Positions 30,480-39,966 of a stretch of DNA of 64,000 bases are shown piece after piece (the stretch's first letter is position 1; every line of letters begins with the position of its first letter). Made by a program: the position numbers and the translations under genes. The DNA comes from Candidatus Cloacimonadales bacterium (GTDB lineage Bacteria; Cloacimonadota; Cloacimonadia; Cloacimonadales; JAIOQZ01). The notes below the pieces were generated by a model. It was not told the origin of the DNA, did no database searches, and saw only the letters and a list, made by a program, of their open reading frames with translations. Where the stretch lies: contig CAXXTU010000002.1 in NCBI GenBank assembly GCA_963662655.2, forward strand, positions 2,816,001-2,880,000. The letters run 5' to 3'.

Positions 30480-32360
30480 ATGCGAGTCTTGATAGCTACA
30501 TTCGTAATTCTGATCATTGTAAGTACCCTTTTTGCGGACGGTATTCAGCCGGAAGGGTCCGGAACGCAGGTTGATCCGTACCGGATTGATTCTCTGGACA
30601 ACCTCCTCTGGCTCGGAACGAGAGAGGCTGCTATCACTGGATACTACATCCAAACGACCGATATAAACGCAGCACCGACACGTGACTGGTTTGATGGCAC
30701 CGGATTTCTCCCGATCGGCGAATCCGCGTCTAACCCGTTCTCAGGCAACTTCGATGGTCAGGGATATGTCATCGATAGCTTGTATATCAATAATGACGGT
30801 TGGGATGGATATGCTATGTTCCGGTTTATCACGGAAGCCACCATCCGGAATGTCAATCTCACAAACGTCGATTGCAGTGGGGAAGATTGCCTGGCGGGGC
30901 TTACCGTTGTAGCTACCAACTCCTTCATCAACAATTGTCATGTGGACGGCAACTTCTCCGGGCGCTTTAGCATCTCGACCCTGGTAAGCAATGCCAGCTC
31001 ATGCCAGATCGTCAACTGCAGCGCGGCGGGTACGATTACGGGCACCCAGAGCGCTGCTGGCGGGTTGATATCCGAGGCGTCCGATATTGAAATGAGCGAT
31101 TGCTCATTTAACGGTACGGTGAACGGTTACCAGTATGCCGGCGGACTCATTGGCTTCATCTACAGCAGCACGGCCACGGTTGAGAACTGCACGGTGGATG
31201 GGTTTGTCACTGGGGTATCGTATGTTGGCGGTATTGTGGGTAGCAGCAATTCCGATATAACGGATTGCGTGGTTCATGCGGATGTGGAAGGTGTGATGTA
31301 CACCGGCGGTATTTTGGGCTATTCATGGGGCGTCGATGTATCAGGGTGCGCAACAACGGGCAATGTTAAAGGCGAGACCAGAACAGGGGGTATCATCGGT
31401 TGCGCGAACTTCGGGAGCGAAACGATCGATTGCAGGTTTCTCGGAACGGTGTATGGAACTTTCTATGTCGGCGGAATCAACGGTGAGTCTGTAGAATCGG
31501 ACATCAACGATTCCTATATCAATGCGACCGTGACAAGCTCCGGGAATCTAACCGGTGGAATGGTGGGGTACCAGACAACGGCCAGCTCCGTGAATGGGTG
31601 TTTCGCGAAAGGCGTCGTATCGAGTGAAGGTAATTCCGTCGGCGGTATTGTCGGCTGGAACAACGGCGGTTCGACGATAACGAATTGCTACAATTTCGCG
31701 CAGATATCGGGCAACGAGCGAGTCGGAGGTATTACCGGAAGGAACATCGTTAATGCGGAGGTGCATAACTGCTACAGCAAGGGGCTCATCGAGGGTGTCG
31801 ATGAAACAGGCGGGTTAGTAGGCTTCAGCAGCTCGATTGTTGAAAACTCCTTCTGGGATACGGAAACCTCCGGCCAGGAACAAAGCTCCGGCGGAACGGG
31901 ACTTTCCACGGAAGATATGTTGTCGATTGCGACGTACCTGGATGCCGGGTGGGATTTTATTGGCGAGACGGATAACGGTATTGAAGACATCTGGACGTTG
32001 AATGTCAATATCAACGAAGGGTATCCCTATCTGACCTGGCAGAACTACCTGACGGCGCCAGAAGATGAGGTCGCTCCACCCGTTCAGGAGATTCTCCTTT
32101 CCAACTATCCCAACCCGTTCAATCCAACTACGACGATCTCGTTCTCGATCCCGAAGGACGACAAGGTTGAGTTGAAAGTGTATAACATCAGAGGACAGCT
32201 CGTAAAGACGTTGGTAAACGACAACCTTGAAGCAGGGAAACATGAGGTTATCTGGAACGGTAAGGATACGCAAAATCGAAGCGTGGGTTCCGGTGTGTAT
32301 CTCTATCGACTGGAAGCCGGTGGTAAATCAATAGTACGGAAAATGCTTATGTTAAAATAA
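30480..32360 (+). CDS. Secreted GLUG-repeat beta-solenoid protein with FlgD/T9SS-type CTD
   Basis: Signal peptide, GSGT..DPY.I, repeated VGG.VG, NSFWD.ETSGQ, NYPNPFNPTTTI...KMLMLK. Confidence 0.88.
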   Translation: MRVLIATFVILIIVSTLFADGIQPEGSGTQVDPYRIDSLDNLLWLGTREAAITGYYIQTTDINAAPTRDWFDGTGFLPIGESASNPFSGNFDGQGYVIDSLYINNDGWDGYAMFRFITEATIRNVNLTNVDCSGEDCLAGLTVVATNSFINNCHVDGNFSGRFSISTLVSNASSCQIVNCSAAGTITGTQSAAGGLISEASDIEMSDCSFNGTVNGYQYAGGLIGFIYSSTATVENCTVDGFVTGVSYVGGIVGSSNSDITDCVVHADVEGVMYTGGILGYSWGVDVSGCATTGNVKGETRTGGIIGCANFGSETIDCRFLGTVYGTFYVGGINGESVESDINDSYINATVTSSGNLTGGMVGYQTTASSVNGCFAKGVVSSEGNSVGGIVGWNNGGSTITNCYNFAQISGNERVGGITGRNIVNAEVHNCYSKGLIEGVDETGGLVGFSSSIVENSFWDTETSGQEQSSGGTGLSTEDMLSIATYLDAGWDFIGETDNGIEDIWTLNVNINEGYPYLTWQNYLTAPEDEVAPPVQEILLSNYPNPFNPTTTISFSIPKDDKVELKVYNIRGQLVKTLVNDNLEAGKHEVIWNGKDTQNRSVGSGVYLYRLEAGGKSIVRKMLMLK

Positions 32361-32401
32361 ATAATCGAGTAAAATCTGAAAATCAACCCGAGGAGGTATT
32401 C

Positions 32402-34303
32402 ATGCGAGTCTTGATAATCACATTTATTATCATTCTGATTATGACAAACACCCTTTTTGCGGACGGTATTCAGCCGGAAGGATCCGGAACGCAGGTCGAT
32501 CCCTATCAATTCGCAACGTTGGACAACCTGTTATGGCTGAGCACTTACAATGATTCCGACTCGATGTATTGCATTCAGATAGCCGACATCAATGCGGCGG
32601 AAACCCGAACCTGGAATGACGGCTTGGGATTTCTACCCATAGGATGCTACATAACGAATACCTTCACTGGGCACTACGATGGGCAGGATCACATCATCGA
32701 CAGCCTCTATATCAATCGCCCGGAGCAGTACTGGATTGGCCTGTTCGGCCAGATACAGGATGGATCGGTAAGAAATGTGTATCTAATTAACTGTGAATGT
32801 ACCGGATCGGGTACGGTAGGGGGAGTTGCAGGTTCTGTATGGTCGAGCGTTGTTGACAACTGCCATTTCTCGGGCTCTGTCACCGGTTACAGCGACACGG
32901 GCGGATTACTGGGTGAAGTTCATTATACGACGGTAACCGGATGTTCCTTCGAGGGCTTCGTCACTGGCCTGGAGATGGAAGGAGAAGACACGGTCAGGAC
33001 GGGAGGATTGATCGCCAGCACGCAGCACACAAGCGTTTCGGATTGTCATGCGAATTGCGAGGTTCGCGGCGAGATTATGGTTGGTGGGCTCATCGCGCAG
33101 GTCATCAGCAGCAGTACATTTACCGATTGCTCTGTCACCGGCTCGGTAACCGGTGTGGAGTACGTCGGTGGCGCTTGCGGTTTTTGTTATCACGATTGGA
33201 GCAATATCCATGTCAATGCCGATGTGCAGGGAGAGACCTGGGTCGGTGGGTTTGCCGGGCTGGCTTTTGGAGTAGAGTTTGAGAACTGCGCGGCTCAGGG
33301 AGATGTAACGGGTGAAATCCGCGTTGGCGGTCTTGTTGGATACCTCTGTAACTGGAGCGAAATCAGGCGATGCAGCTACAGCGGGGAAATCAAGAGCGTT
33401 GATTACACGGGTGGAATCGTGGGGGAATGTCTCGAGAGCAGCATTATGGATACATCCGCCGACGTGGAGATATACAGCGAGCAGAACCTCACGGGTGGAA
33501 TCGTAGGATACGGCACTTATTCCACCATGATTCTGGGCTGCTTCACGCGCGGCAGTATTCTCAGCGACGGCAACTCCGTGGGAGGGATTATTGGCTGGAG
33601 CTACCGGTATTGCTCTGTGGAGAATTGTTACAACTTCGCCAGTGTTACCGGAAACGAGCGTGTCGGAGGAATCGCCGGGCGCAACCTGCATGAGTCGTAT
33701 GTGAAGAATTGCTACAGCATTGGCGAGGTAGCCGGTAACGACGAAGTCGGCGGCTTGATTGGCGTGTGTGCCGATGATCTGGTGGAAAACTCGTTCTGGA
33801 ACACCGAGACCTCCGGGCAATCGGAAAGCGATGGCGGAACGGGCCTGACAACCTCGGAGATGCAATCGAGCGCTGTGTACACCGATGCAGGCTGGGACTT
33901 CGTGGGCGAGACGGAGAATGGTGAGGAAGACATCTGGCAGTGGGACGGCGTAAACAACGACGCCTATCCCTATCTCGCATGGGAAGGATACGCCGACACA
34001 TCTGATGATGAGGTGATCCCCGAGATAGCCTCTCTCGCACTCTCAAATCACCCCAATCCCTTCAATCCCACCACGACGATCTCTTTCTCGATCCCGACGG
34101 ACGACAAAGTCGTCTTGAAGGTCTATAACATCAAAGGGCAGCTCGTGAAAACACTTGTAAATGATCACCTCGAAGCCGGAACGCATAAGGCTGTCTGGAA
34201 TGGCGATAACCAATCCGGCAAGAACGTGTCGTCGGGCATCTACCTGTACCGGCTGGAGTCCTGCGGAAAATCCAAAGCGCAGAAAATGCTGTTGCTGAAA
34301 TAG
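32402..34303 (+). CDS. Secreted GLUG-repeat protein with CTD, tandem paralogue
   Basis: Same architecture and near-identical upstream region and N-terminus as 30480..32360. Confidence 0.88.
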   Translation: MRVLIITFIIILIMTNTLFADGIQPEGSGTQVDPYQFATLDNLLWLSTYNDSDSMYCIQIADINAAETRTWNDGLGFLPIGCYITNTFTGHYDGQDHIIDSLYINRPEQYWIGLFGQIQDGSVRNVYLINCECTGSGTVGGVAGSVWSSVVDNCHFSGSVTGYSDTGGLLGEVHYTTVTGCSFEGFVTGLEMEGEDTVRTGGLIASTQHTSVSDCHANCEVRGEIMVGGLIAQVISSSTFTDCSVTGSVTGVEYVGGACGFCYHDWSNIHVNADVQGETWVGGFAGLAFGVEFENCAAQGDVTGEIRVGGLVGYLCNWSEIRRCSYSGEIKSVDYTGGIVGECLESSIMDTSADVEIYSEQNLTGGIVGYGTYSTMILGCFTRGSILSDGNSVGGIIGWSYRYCSVENCYNFASVTGNERVGGIAGRNLHESYVKNCYSIGEVAGNDEVGGLIGVCADDLVENSFWNTETSGQSESDGGTGLTTSEMQSSAVYTDAGWDFVGETENGEEDIWQWDGVNNDAYPYLAWEGYADTSDDEVIPEIASLALSNHPNPFNPTTTISFSIPTDDKVVLKVYNIKGQLVKTLVNDHLEAGTHKAVWNGDNQSGKNVSSGIYLYRLESCGKSKAQKMLLLK

Positions 34304-34306
34304 AGA

Positions 34307-34440
34307 AACTCACCCTAAATCCCTCTCTTCGAATGAAGAGAGGGACTTGGCAATGGTAAGATGTTTGACGATAAACTGTTAACGACGTGAAAACCTTCCT
34401 TAAGCCCCCTCTTGATTCCAAGAGGGGGTTTGGGGGAGTT
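34307..34440. repeat. REPIN-like inverted pair of short palindromes
   Basis: AACTCACCCTAAATCCCTCTCTTC-GAAT-GAAGAGAGGGACTT and, inverted, AACTCCCCCAAACCCCCTCTTG-GAAT-CAAGAGGGGGCTT. Confidence 0.7.
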
Positions 34441-34451
34441 TGGAGGCCCCA

Positions 34452-36550
34452 ATGAAACGCACACTGCTACTCTTCCTGCTCTCAATCACACTCCTGCACG
34501 CGCTTCACATCTACGAGGATACCGTTTGGGATCGCAGAAGCAATCCGTATATCTTCGAAGAAAACGTCTATATCCATTCAAACGCAACCCTTACAATTCT
34601 TCCTGGATGCGATATTCAAATGAGGGCCAGGCCGGCACAAAACTATCAAGAATTCAGGGTTGATAGCAGCGGAGAGGCGGAAGTGAAGATATTCTATATC
34701 ACCGGTAAGATCGTAGCGATCGGTACCGAAGAAGAACCGATAACGTTCACACGATACCCCGATACAGAAGGTTATGCATGGGGCGGTATTTATGTCGACG
34801 ACATCGCAGATACTCCCGTGTTTCAATATTGTGAAATCTTCAGTGCATACATGAACAGGTTTTATGACGGTACGAAAACGATGGGGGGCATTTGCGTACG
34901 CGGATGTGATTTCAGGATCAAATACTGTACGTTCACAAACTGTTATGTTGGCGTCACGTATCAGAACTTGCCCAATGATGCAATGATCTATGGCAACACA
35001 TTTACTGCGAATGAAGAGGCACAATTTTCAACGTCATCAACCTATTATGCGATTATGGGCACCAGTTACCCAGGATATGATTTATATCCTCAAATTATTT
35101 CCGCAAGAAACCGTTTCATTAACATTGATATAACATATACCAGTTCGTATAACGGAGGAGGAGGGGGGGGGGGGATATACTATGGGTCTATAACTATCAT
35201 TTTCATTCTTCGGAATCCGATGATAATTTAGAAGTTGAAGATAACAACGAGAGAAATCTGTCGATGATGTGTGTATATGGCGAGACAGGCATAAATGCTG
35301 GTATAAATGGAGGTGGAGGAGAAATCGATAACATGAGCTATTTCCGGAAAAACTACGTATTAAGGCAACGAGATGGAAACGCTGGTGGCATATCAAGCAA
35401 TGATTATCATGTCATTTCTGACAATATCTTTGTCGGAAACTTAGCTATTGGTGATCGCAATGCCGATTCGACGATCGTGTGCAACAATGTGGTGTACACA
35501 TCGTCCAGCGACACATTTTATCAACCAGAAAATCCCAATGTTATATACAATAATCTGTTCACCGGCTATTCGTTTTTGTATCCAACTTTTGCCGACTGCA
35601 CTATGTTTAATAACACATATAACACCAATTATACATCCTGTTTCGGAACCGAGTCCTACGATTACTTAGTGTACAATAATATTCTATGCGCCACAGCAGA
35701 AACAATGGCGTGGGGCGGTCCAGAGACGATCCTGAGCTATAATTTCATGAACCATCCATTCCCTGATTTCGTCACCGACGGCGGCGGCAACATCATCGGG
35801 GATGATCCGATGTTCGCGGATACGCTGAACGGCGACTACAGCCTGGCGGAGGGCAGTCCGTGCATCGATGCCGGTATGCCGGACGGGAATTATCCCCCCA
35901 CGGACATCCTGGGCAACGTACGCGTGTGGGACGGCGACGGCGACGGAACAGCCACTATCGATATCGGTGCATTCGAGTACGGAGCGCCCTTCTGGGGCGG
36001 CATCGAGGGCTATGTGTACGAAGAGGACGGCGTAACACCGCTGGATATAGCGAAGATATCCGTCGATGGCGTGCAGTTCCCCGAGTGGAGCGACAGCACC
36101 GGCTGGTTCCGCATCCTGACTGGTCCAGGAACCTTCACCCTCAACATTGAGCGTATGTACTACGAAGACCAGCAGGTCAGTGGCATCGTGGTCGAACAAG
36201 GTTCACCGACCTACCGCGACATCGCCATGCAAAGCCTTGACGCGCACGACTACGACAACCTCATCCAGCAATACACCATCACCATGGCGCAGAATTTCCC
36301 CAACCCCTTCAATCCTACCACGACGATCTCGTTCTCGATCCCGAAGGACGACAAGGTTGAGTTGAAAGTGTATAACATCAGGGGACAGCTTGTAAAGACG
36401 TTGGTAAACGATCACCTCGAAGCCGGATCGCACAAGGCTGTCTGGAATGGAGACAACCAGCAGGGAAGCCCGGTCGGGAGCGGGATCTATTTCTATCGTC
36501 TCGTTACGCCCGAGAAAAGCATCGTGAGGAAAATGGCGCTTGTGAAGTAA
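34452..36550 (+). pseudogene. Secreted right-handed beta-helix protein with carboxypeptidase-regulatory-like domain and CTD, split by a frameshift at G12 (ORFs 34452..35231 and 35264..36550)
   Basis: Signal peptide only in the first ORF; the second frame is open back to the G-tract (DILWVYNY...); SPCIDAG, DIGAFE, NFPNPFNP CTD. Confidence 0.85.
35163..35174 (+). repeat. Poly-G (G12) simple sequence repeat
   Basis: GGAGGAGGA followed by 12 G at the frameshift point. Confidence 0.9.
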
Positions 36551-36557
36551 CGACGCA

Positions 36558-36687
36558 CGGCGTGGCATCTTCGCCCGTTCCGCTCCTCAAAGGGGATATA
36601 CCACAGCCTTGGTATTCGAGGGGAGCTAATGCAACAAGGCTGTGAAACACCCCATTGAGGAGCGGATCGAACGAACCTGCTCACGCC
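36558..36687 (+). repeat. Long structured hairpin element, copy C
   Basis: CGGCGTGGCATCTTCGCCCG...GGGGATATAC...GAAACACCCC...GATCGAACGAACCTGCTCACGCC. Confidence 0.9.
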
Positions 36688-36817
36688 TCATTCTCATGGG
36701 ATTTGATCGTTAAATTGCGCAAAAGCGTCGTCTCGACGTTTGCGGGAGCGATTCCAGCCGAAAATAAATTGACACATCAACTTGACCATCGATAAATGTC
36801 AGCGGAGTAATTTGTAT

Positions 36818-37378
36818 ATGAACGTAATCACGCAAAAAACAGGCTGGATCGAGATCATTTGCGGCGGAATGTTCAGCGGGAAATCGGAAGAGCTGATCCG
36901 CCGGGCCCGTCGAACCCAGTACGCACAACAGAAGATACAGGTATTCAAGCCCTCGATAGACAATCGATATTCGGACGAGTATGTCGTTTCCCACAGCCAG
37001 ATGAAGCTGCCCTCGATTCTGGTGGCCGATACGAAGGAGATTCGTGCGAAGATCGAAGAGGACACGCAGGTGATTGCCATCGACGAAGTCCAGTTCTTCG
37101 ACGAGGATGTCATCGAGCTGGTGGGTGAGCTTGCCGATGGGGGAAAGAGGGTCATACTCGCGGGTCTGGACATGGACTACATGGGCAAGCCGTTTGGCCC
37201 GATGCCGCACCTGCTCGCCATCGCGGATTATATCACCAAGCTTCAGGCAATATGCGTCAAGTGCGGAAACCCCGCCGGAAGGACGCAGCGCCTGAGTCAC
37301 GACAAAGAACAAATTGTGGTGGGAGCCGACAACATCTATGAAGCTCGCTGCCGCAACTGCCATGAGATTATAGACTGA
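36818..37378 (+). CDS. tdk: Thymidine kinase
   Basis: [31 protein letters not shown] and CRNC zinc site. Confidence 0.97.
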   Translation: MNVITQKTGWIEIICGGMFSGKSEELIRRARRTQYAQQKIQVFKPSIDNRYSDEYVVSHSQMKLPSILVADTKEIRAKIEEDTQVIAIDEVQFFDEDVIELVGELADGGKRVILAGLDMDYMGKPFGPMPHLLAIADYITKLQAICVKCGNPAGRTQRLSHDKEQIVVGADNIYEARCRNCHEIID

Positions 37379-37638
37379 TGTTGTTTTTTATTGATCGTTT
37401 GCTTTGGCTGTATGAGATGGTGATCATTATCCGGGCGCTGATCTCGTGGTTCTCACCACATCCGGCCAATCGTTTGTACAGGTTTCTGATCGATATAACG
37501 GATCCGGTGATGCGGCCCGTTCGCGATACATTGTTACGTCTGATGCCGAACATGGGAATCGATTTTTCACCGCTGGTGGTCATTCTGATCATCGAGTTCG
37601 TGAGAAAACTCTTGTTTGGCGGGATAGGTCTTTTTTAA
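37378..37638 (+). CDS. yggT: YggT family membrane protein
   Basis: IIRALISWF.P, TDPVMRP, IDFSPLV. Confidence 0.92.
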   Translation: MLFFIDRLLWLYEMVIIIRALISWFSPHPANRLYRFLIDITDPVMRPVRDTLLRLMPNMGIDFSPLVVILIIEFVRKLLFGGIGLF

Positions 37639-37659
37639 AACAAAGCCTTGGGAGGTAGT

Positions 37660-38304
37660 ATGGAAAAACTGGAATTGACTCCTGTCGACATTCGTCACAA
37701 GGAGTTCCCTACCGGTCTTGCCGGGTATAAAAAGGAAGAAGTACGGGAATTTTTAGAAATCGTATCCACCCAGATGGAAGACCTGATATCGCAGGCAGCC
37801 AGAGTGGAAAAGAAAGTTCCAGATTTTCGAGAAGAACCGCGTCCAGCTACAATCCAGCCTCCTGCGCCGAAACCGCAGCCGATTATTGAAGAAAAGCCCA
37901 AAGCCACCGAAGACCTGATCAGTCGTACGCTCATCATCGCCGAGCAGACCAAGACGGAGATTATCGCTACCGCCAAGAAGGACGCCGAGCGCATCCTGCG
38001 TAACGCCGAACTCGAAGCGAAAAAGACCATCGAAGAAGCCCATCGCTACCTGGAAGTCCTCGACCGCAAGTACAAGGAAATCAAGCTGGAGAAGAAAGAA
38101 TTCCTCTCGCAATACAAGGCGGAGCTTGAAGACATCCTGGATAAGATCACCAAGAGCACGGTTCTGAACAAAGAGATGGAAGACGAAATGGATCAGCATT
38201 TCGAACGGGCTAAAAAAGTACGCTACAATCCCGGAGATGAAATCAAGAATGAAAAAGCAATTGAACGAAACAATACAATACCTGAAAACGAGAGTCCGAA
38301 GTAA
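37660..38304 (+). CDS. divIVA: DivIVA domain protein
   Basis: LTPVDIRHKEF...GYKKEEVREFL plus coiled coil. Confidence 0.88.
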   Translation: MEKLELTPVDIRHKEFPTGLAGYKKEEVREFLEIVSTQMEDLISQAARVEKKVPDFREEPRPATIQPPAPKPQPIIEEKPKATEDLISRTLIIAEQTKTEIIATAKKDAERILRNAELEAKKTIEEAHRYLEVLDRKYKEIKLEKKEFLSQYKAELEDILDKITKSTVLNKEMEDEMDQHFERAKKVRYNPGDEIKNEKAIERNNTIPENESPK

Positions 38305-39076
38305 GCCGGTTCTGGCGGTAATTCTCGGAACGGGCTTGAACGATCTCGCCGATTCCGGCATTCAGATCGCCGAGTTCCCGTATGGAAACATACCGGGATT
38401 CGCACGGTCAACCGCCCCGTCCCACAAAGGCAGGATGGTCTTCGCCAGCATTGAAGGCAACGACGTCCTGTTCCTGCAAGGCCGCCTCCACTTTTACGAA
38501 GGCTACCCGATGACGCAAATCACCTATCCGATCCGCGTTCTCAAAGAGATGGGCATCGAGAATCTGGTGATCACCAACGCATCGGGAAGCCTCAACGAAG
38601 CGATGGGCCCCGGCTCGATCGTCATCCTGAACGACCATATCAATCTGATGGGGACCAATCCGTTGATCGGTTCGCCCGAGCAGATCCCCGGCGAGCGTTT
38701 TCCAAGCCTGCACGAACCCTACAGTCGTGAGCTGATTGCTTGCGCGAAACGAGTGGCCGAAAAGAACGACATCAAGATTCACGAGGGTGTCTACGCCGCC
38801 GTGAGCGGCCCCAGCCTCGAGACGAGAGCCGAATGCGTGATGCTTTCACGCCTGGGCGCCGACCTGGTGGGAATGTCCACCGTGCCGGAAGTGATCGTGG
38901 GCGTTCAATGCGGAATCAGGATTTTAGGTGTATCGATTGTAACCAATTACAGCAATATGTTCCATTCACAATCACACTCGCAGGAAGAAATTCGTAAACA
39001 CGCGGCCCTTGCTGCTGATAATCTGAAAACGTTGATAAAGGGGATCATTCCCGAATTGAATAGAAGAGGGTCGTAG
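38249..39076 (+). CDS. punA: Purine-nucleoside phosphorylase (trimeric type)
   Basis: ILGTGL, QGRLHFYEGY, GPSLETRAE, VGMSTVPEV. Confidence 0.93.
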   Translation: MKKQLNETIQYLKTRVRSKPVLAVILGTGLNDLADSGIQIAEFPYGNIPGFARSTAPSHKGRMVFASIEGNDVLFLQGRLHFYEGYPMTQITYPIRVLKEMGIENLVITNASGSLNEAMGPGSIVILNDHINLMGTNPLIGSPEQIPGERFPSLHEPYSRELIACAKRVAEKNDIKIHEGVYAAVSGPSLETRAECVMLSRLGADLVGMSTVPEVIVGVQCGIRILGVSIVTNYSNMFHSQSHSQEEIRKHAALAADNLKTLIKGIIPELNRRGS

Positions 39077-39472
39077 ATGGCATCGAAAAGCTTGAGTAAT
39101 GAACTGCTGAAACAATATGAAAAGGAATTGCTTCTTGAAAAAGAAGAGACGATTCGCATCATTAACGAGATAAATGATAAACAGAAAAAGGGGATGAAAA
39201 ACGGTTCGGGCGATTCCTCGTCCTTCGCGTATCATCAGGCGGACCAGGGAACAGACACCGGCCAGTACGAAAAAGAAACGTACCTGCTGGAACAGGAACA
39301 CGAGAAGCTGAAAAAGATCAACCAGGCGCTCAAGCGAATCTACGAACGCACCTACGGCATATGCGAGATTTGCGGCTGCGAGATTCCTGCGGCAAGAATG
39401 AAAATCATTCCCTGGGCCAAGACCTGCATCGAGTGTAAATCGAAAGAAGAGAAGAGAAAAAACGGTAGATGA
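39077..39472 (+). CDS. dksA: TraR/DksA C4-zinc-finger protein
   Basis: HQADQGTD, YGICEICG, PWAKTCIEC. Confidence 0.85.
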   Translation: MASKSLSNELLKQYEKELLLEKEETIRIINEINDKQKKGMKNGSGDSSSFAYHQADQGTDTGQYEKETYLLEQEHEKLKKINQALKRIYERTYGICEICGCEIPAARMKIIPWAKTCIECKSKEEKRKNGR

Positions 39473-39966
39473 AAACTCGATACTTTTTTCTGATCACCGC
39501 GGTGGTCATCTTCTGGGATCAACTTAGCAAGATCATTGTGCGCTCAACGATGGAGGTCGGCGAGATTGTGCCGGTTCTCGGCAACTACTTCAGAATCTGG
39601 CACGTCACCAACACCGGGGCTGCATTCAGCATGTCCACAGGCTCGGTATCGCTCGATCGCTGGATACTCACCGCGGTCGGAGTTATCGCGTCGGGCCTGA
39701 TCGTGTATCTCCTGATCAAGCAGGAAGACGCGGTACCCAAGACGTGTCTCGCACTGATCCTCGGCGGCGCTCTCGGGAATTTGATCGACCGCGTAATTTA
39801 CGGCAGGGTCACGGATTTTCTGGACAGCGATTTTCCCGATTTCATAATGGAGCGGTGGCCCGTGTTCAATGTCGCCGATAGCTCGATCGTTATTGCGATA
39901 ACAATATATGTGATATATATACTGTTTTTAGAAAAAAGGATTGTTACCCGTTCAGGGGAGGAGTAA
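39469..39966 (+). CDS. lspA: Lipoprotein signal peptidase II
   Basis: DQLSK, NTGAAFS, GGALGNLIDR, VTDF, FNVADS. Confidence 0.97.
   Translation: MKTRYFFLITAVVIFWDQLSKIIVRSTMEVGEIVPVLGNYFRIWHVTNTGAAFSMSTGSVSLDRWILTAVGVIASGLIVYLLIKQEDAVPKTCLALILGGALGNLIDRVIYGRVTDFLDSDFPDFIMERWPVFNVADSSIVIAITIYVIYILFLEKRIVTRSGEE

Noticed and set aside
30480..36550. Diversity-generating retroelement acting on the similar CTD/GLUG segments
   Set aside because: No reverse transcriptase in the window, and the differences are not adenine-specific
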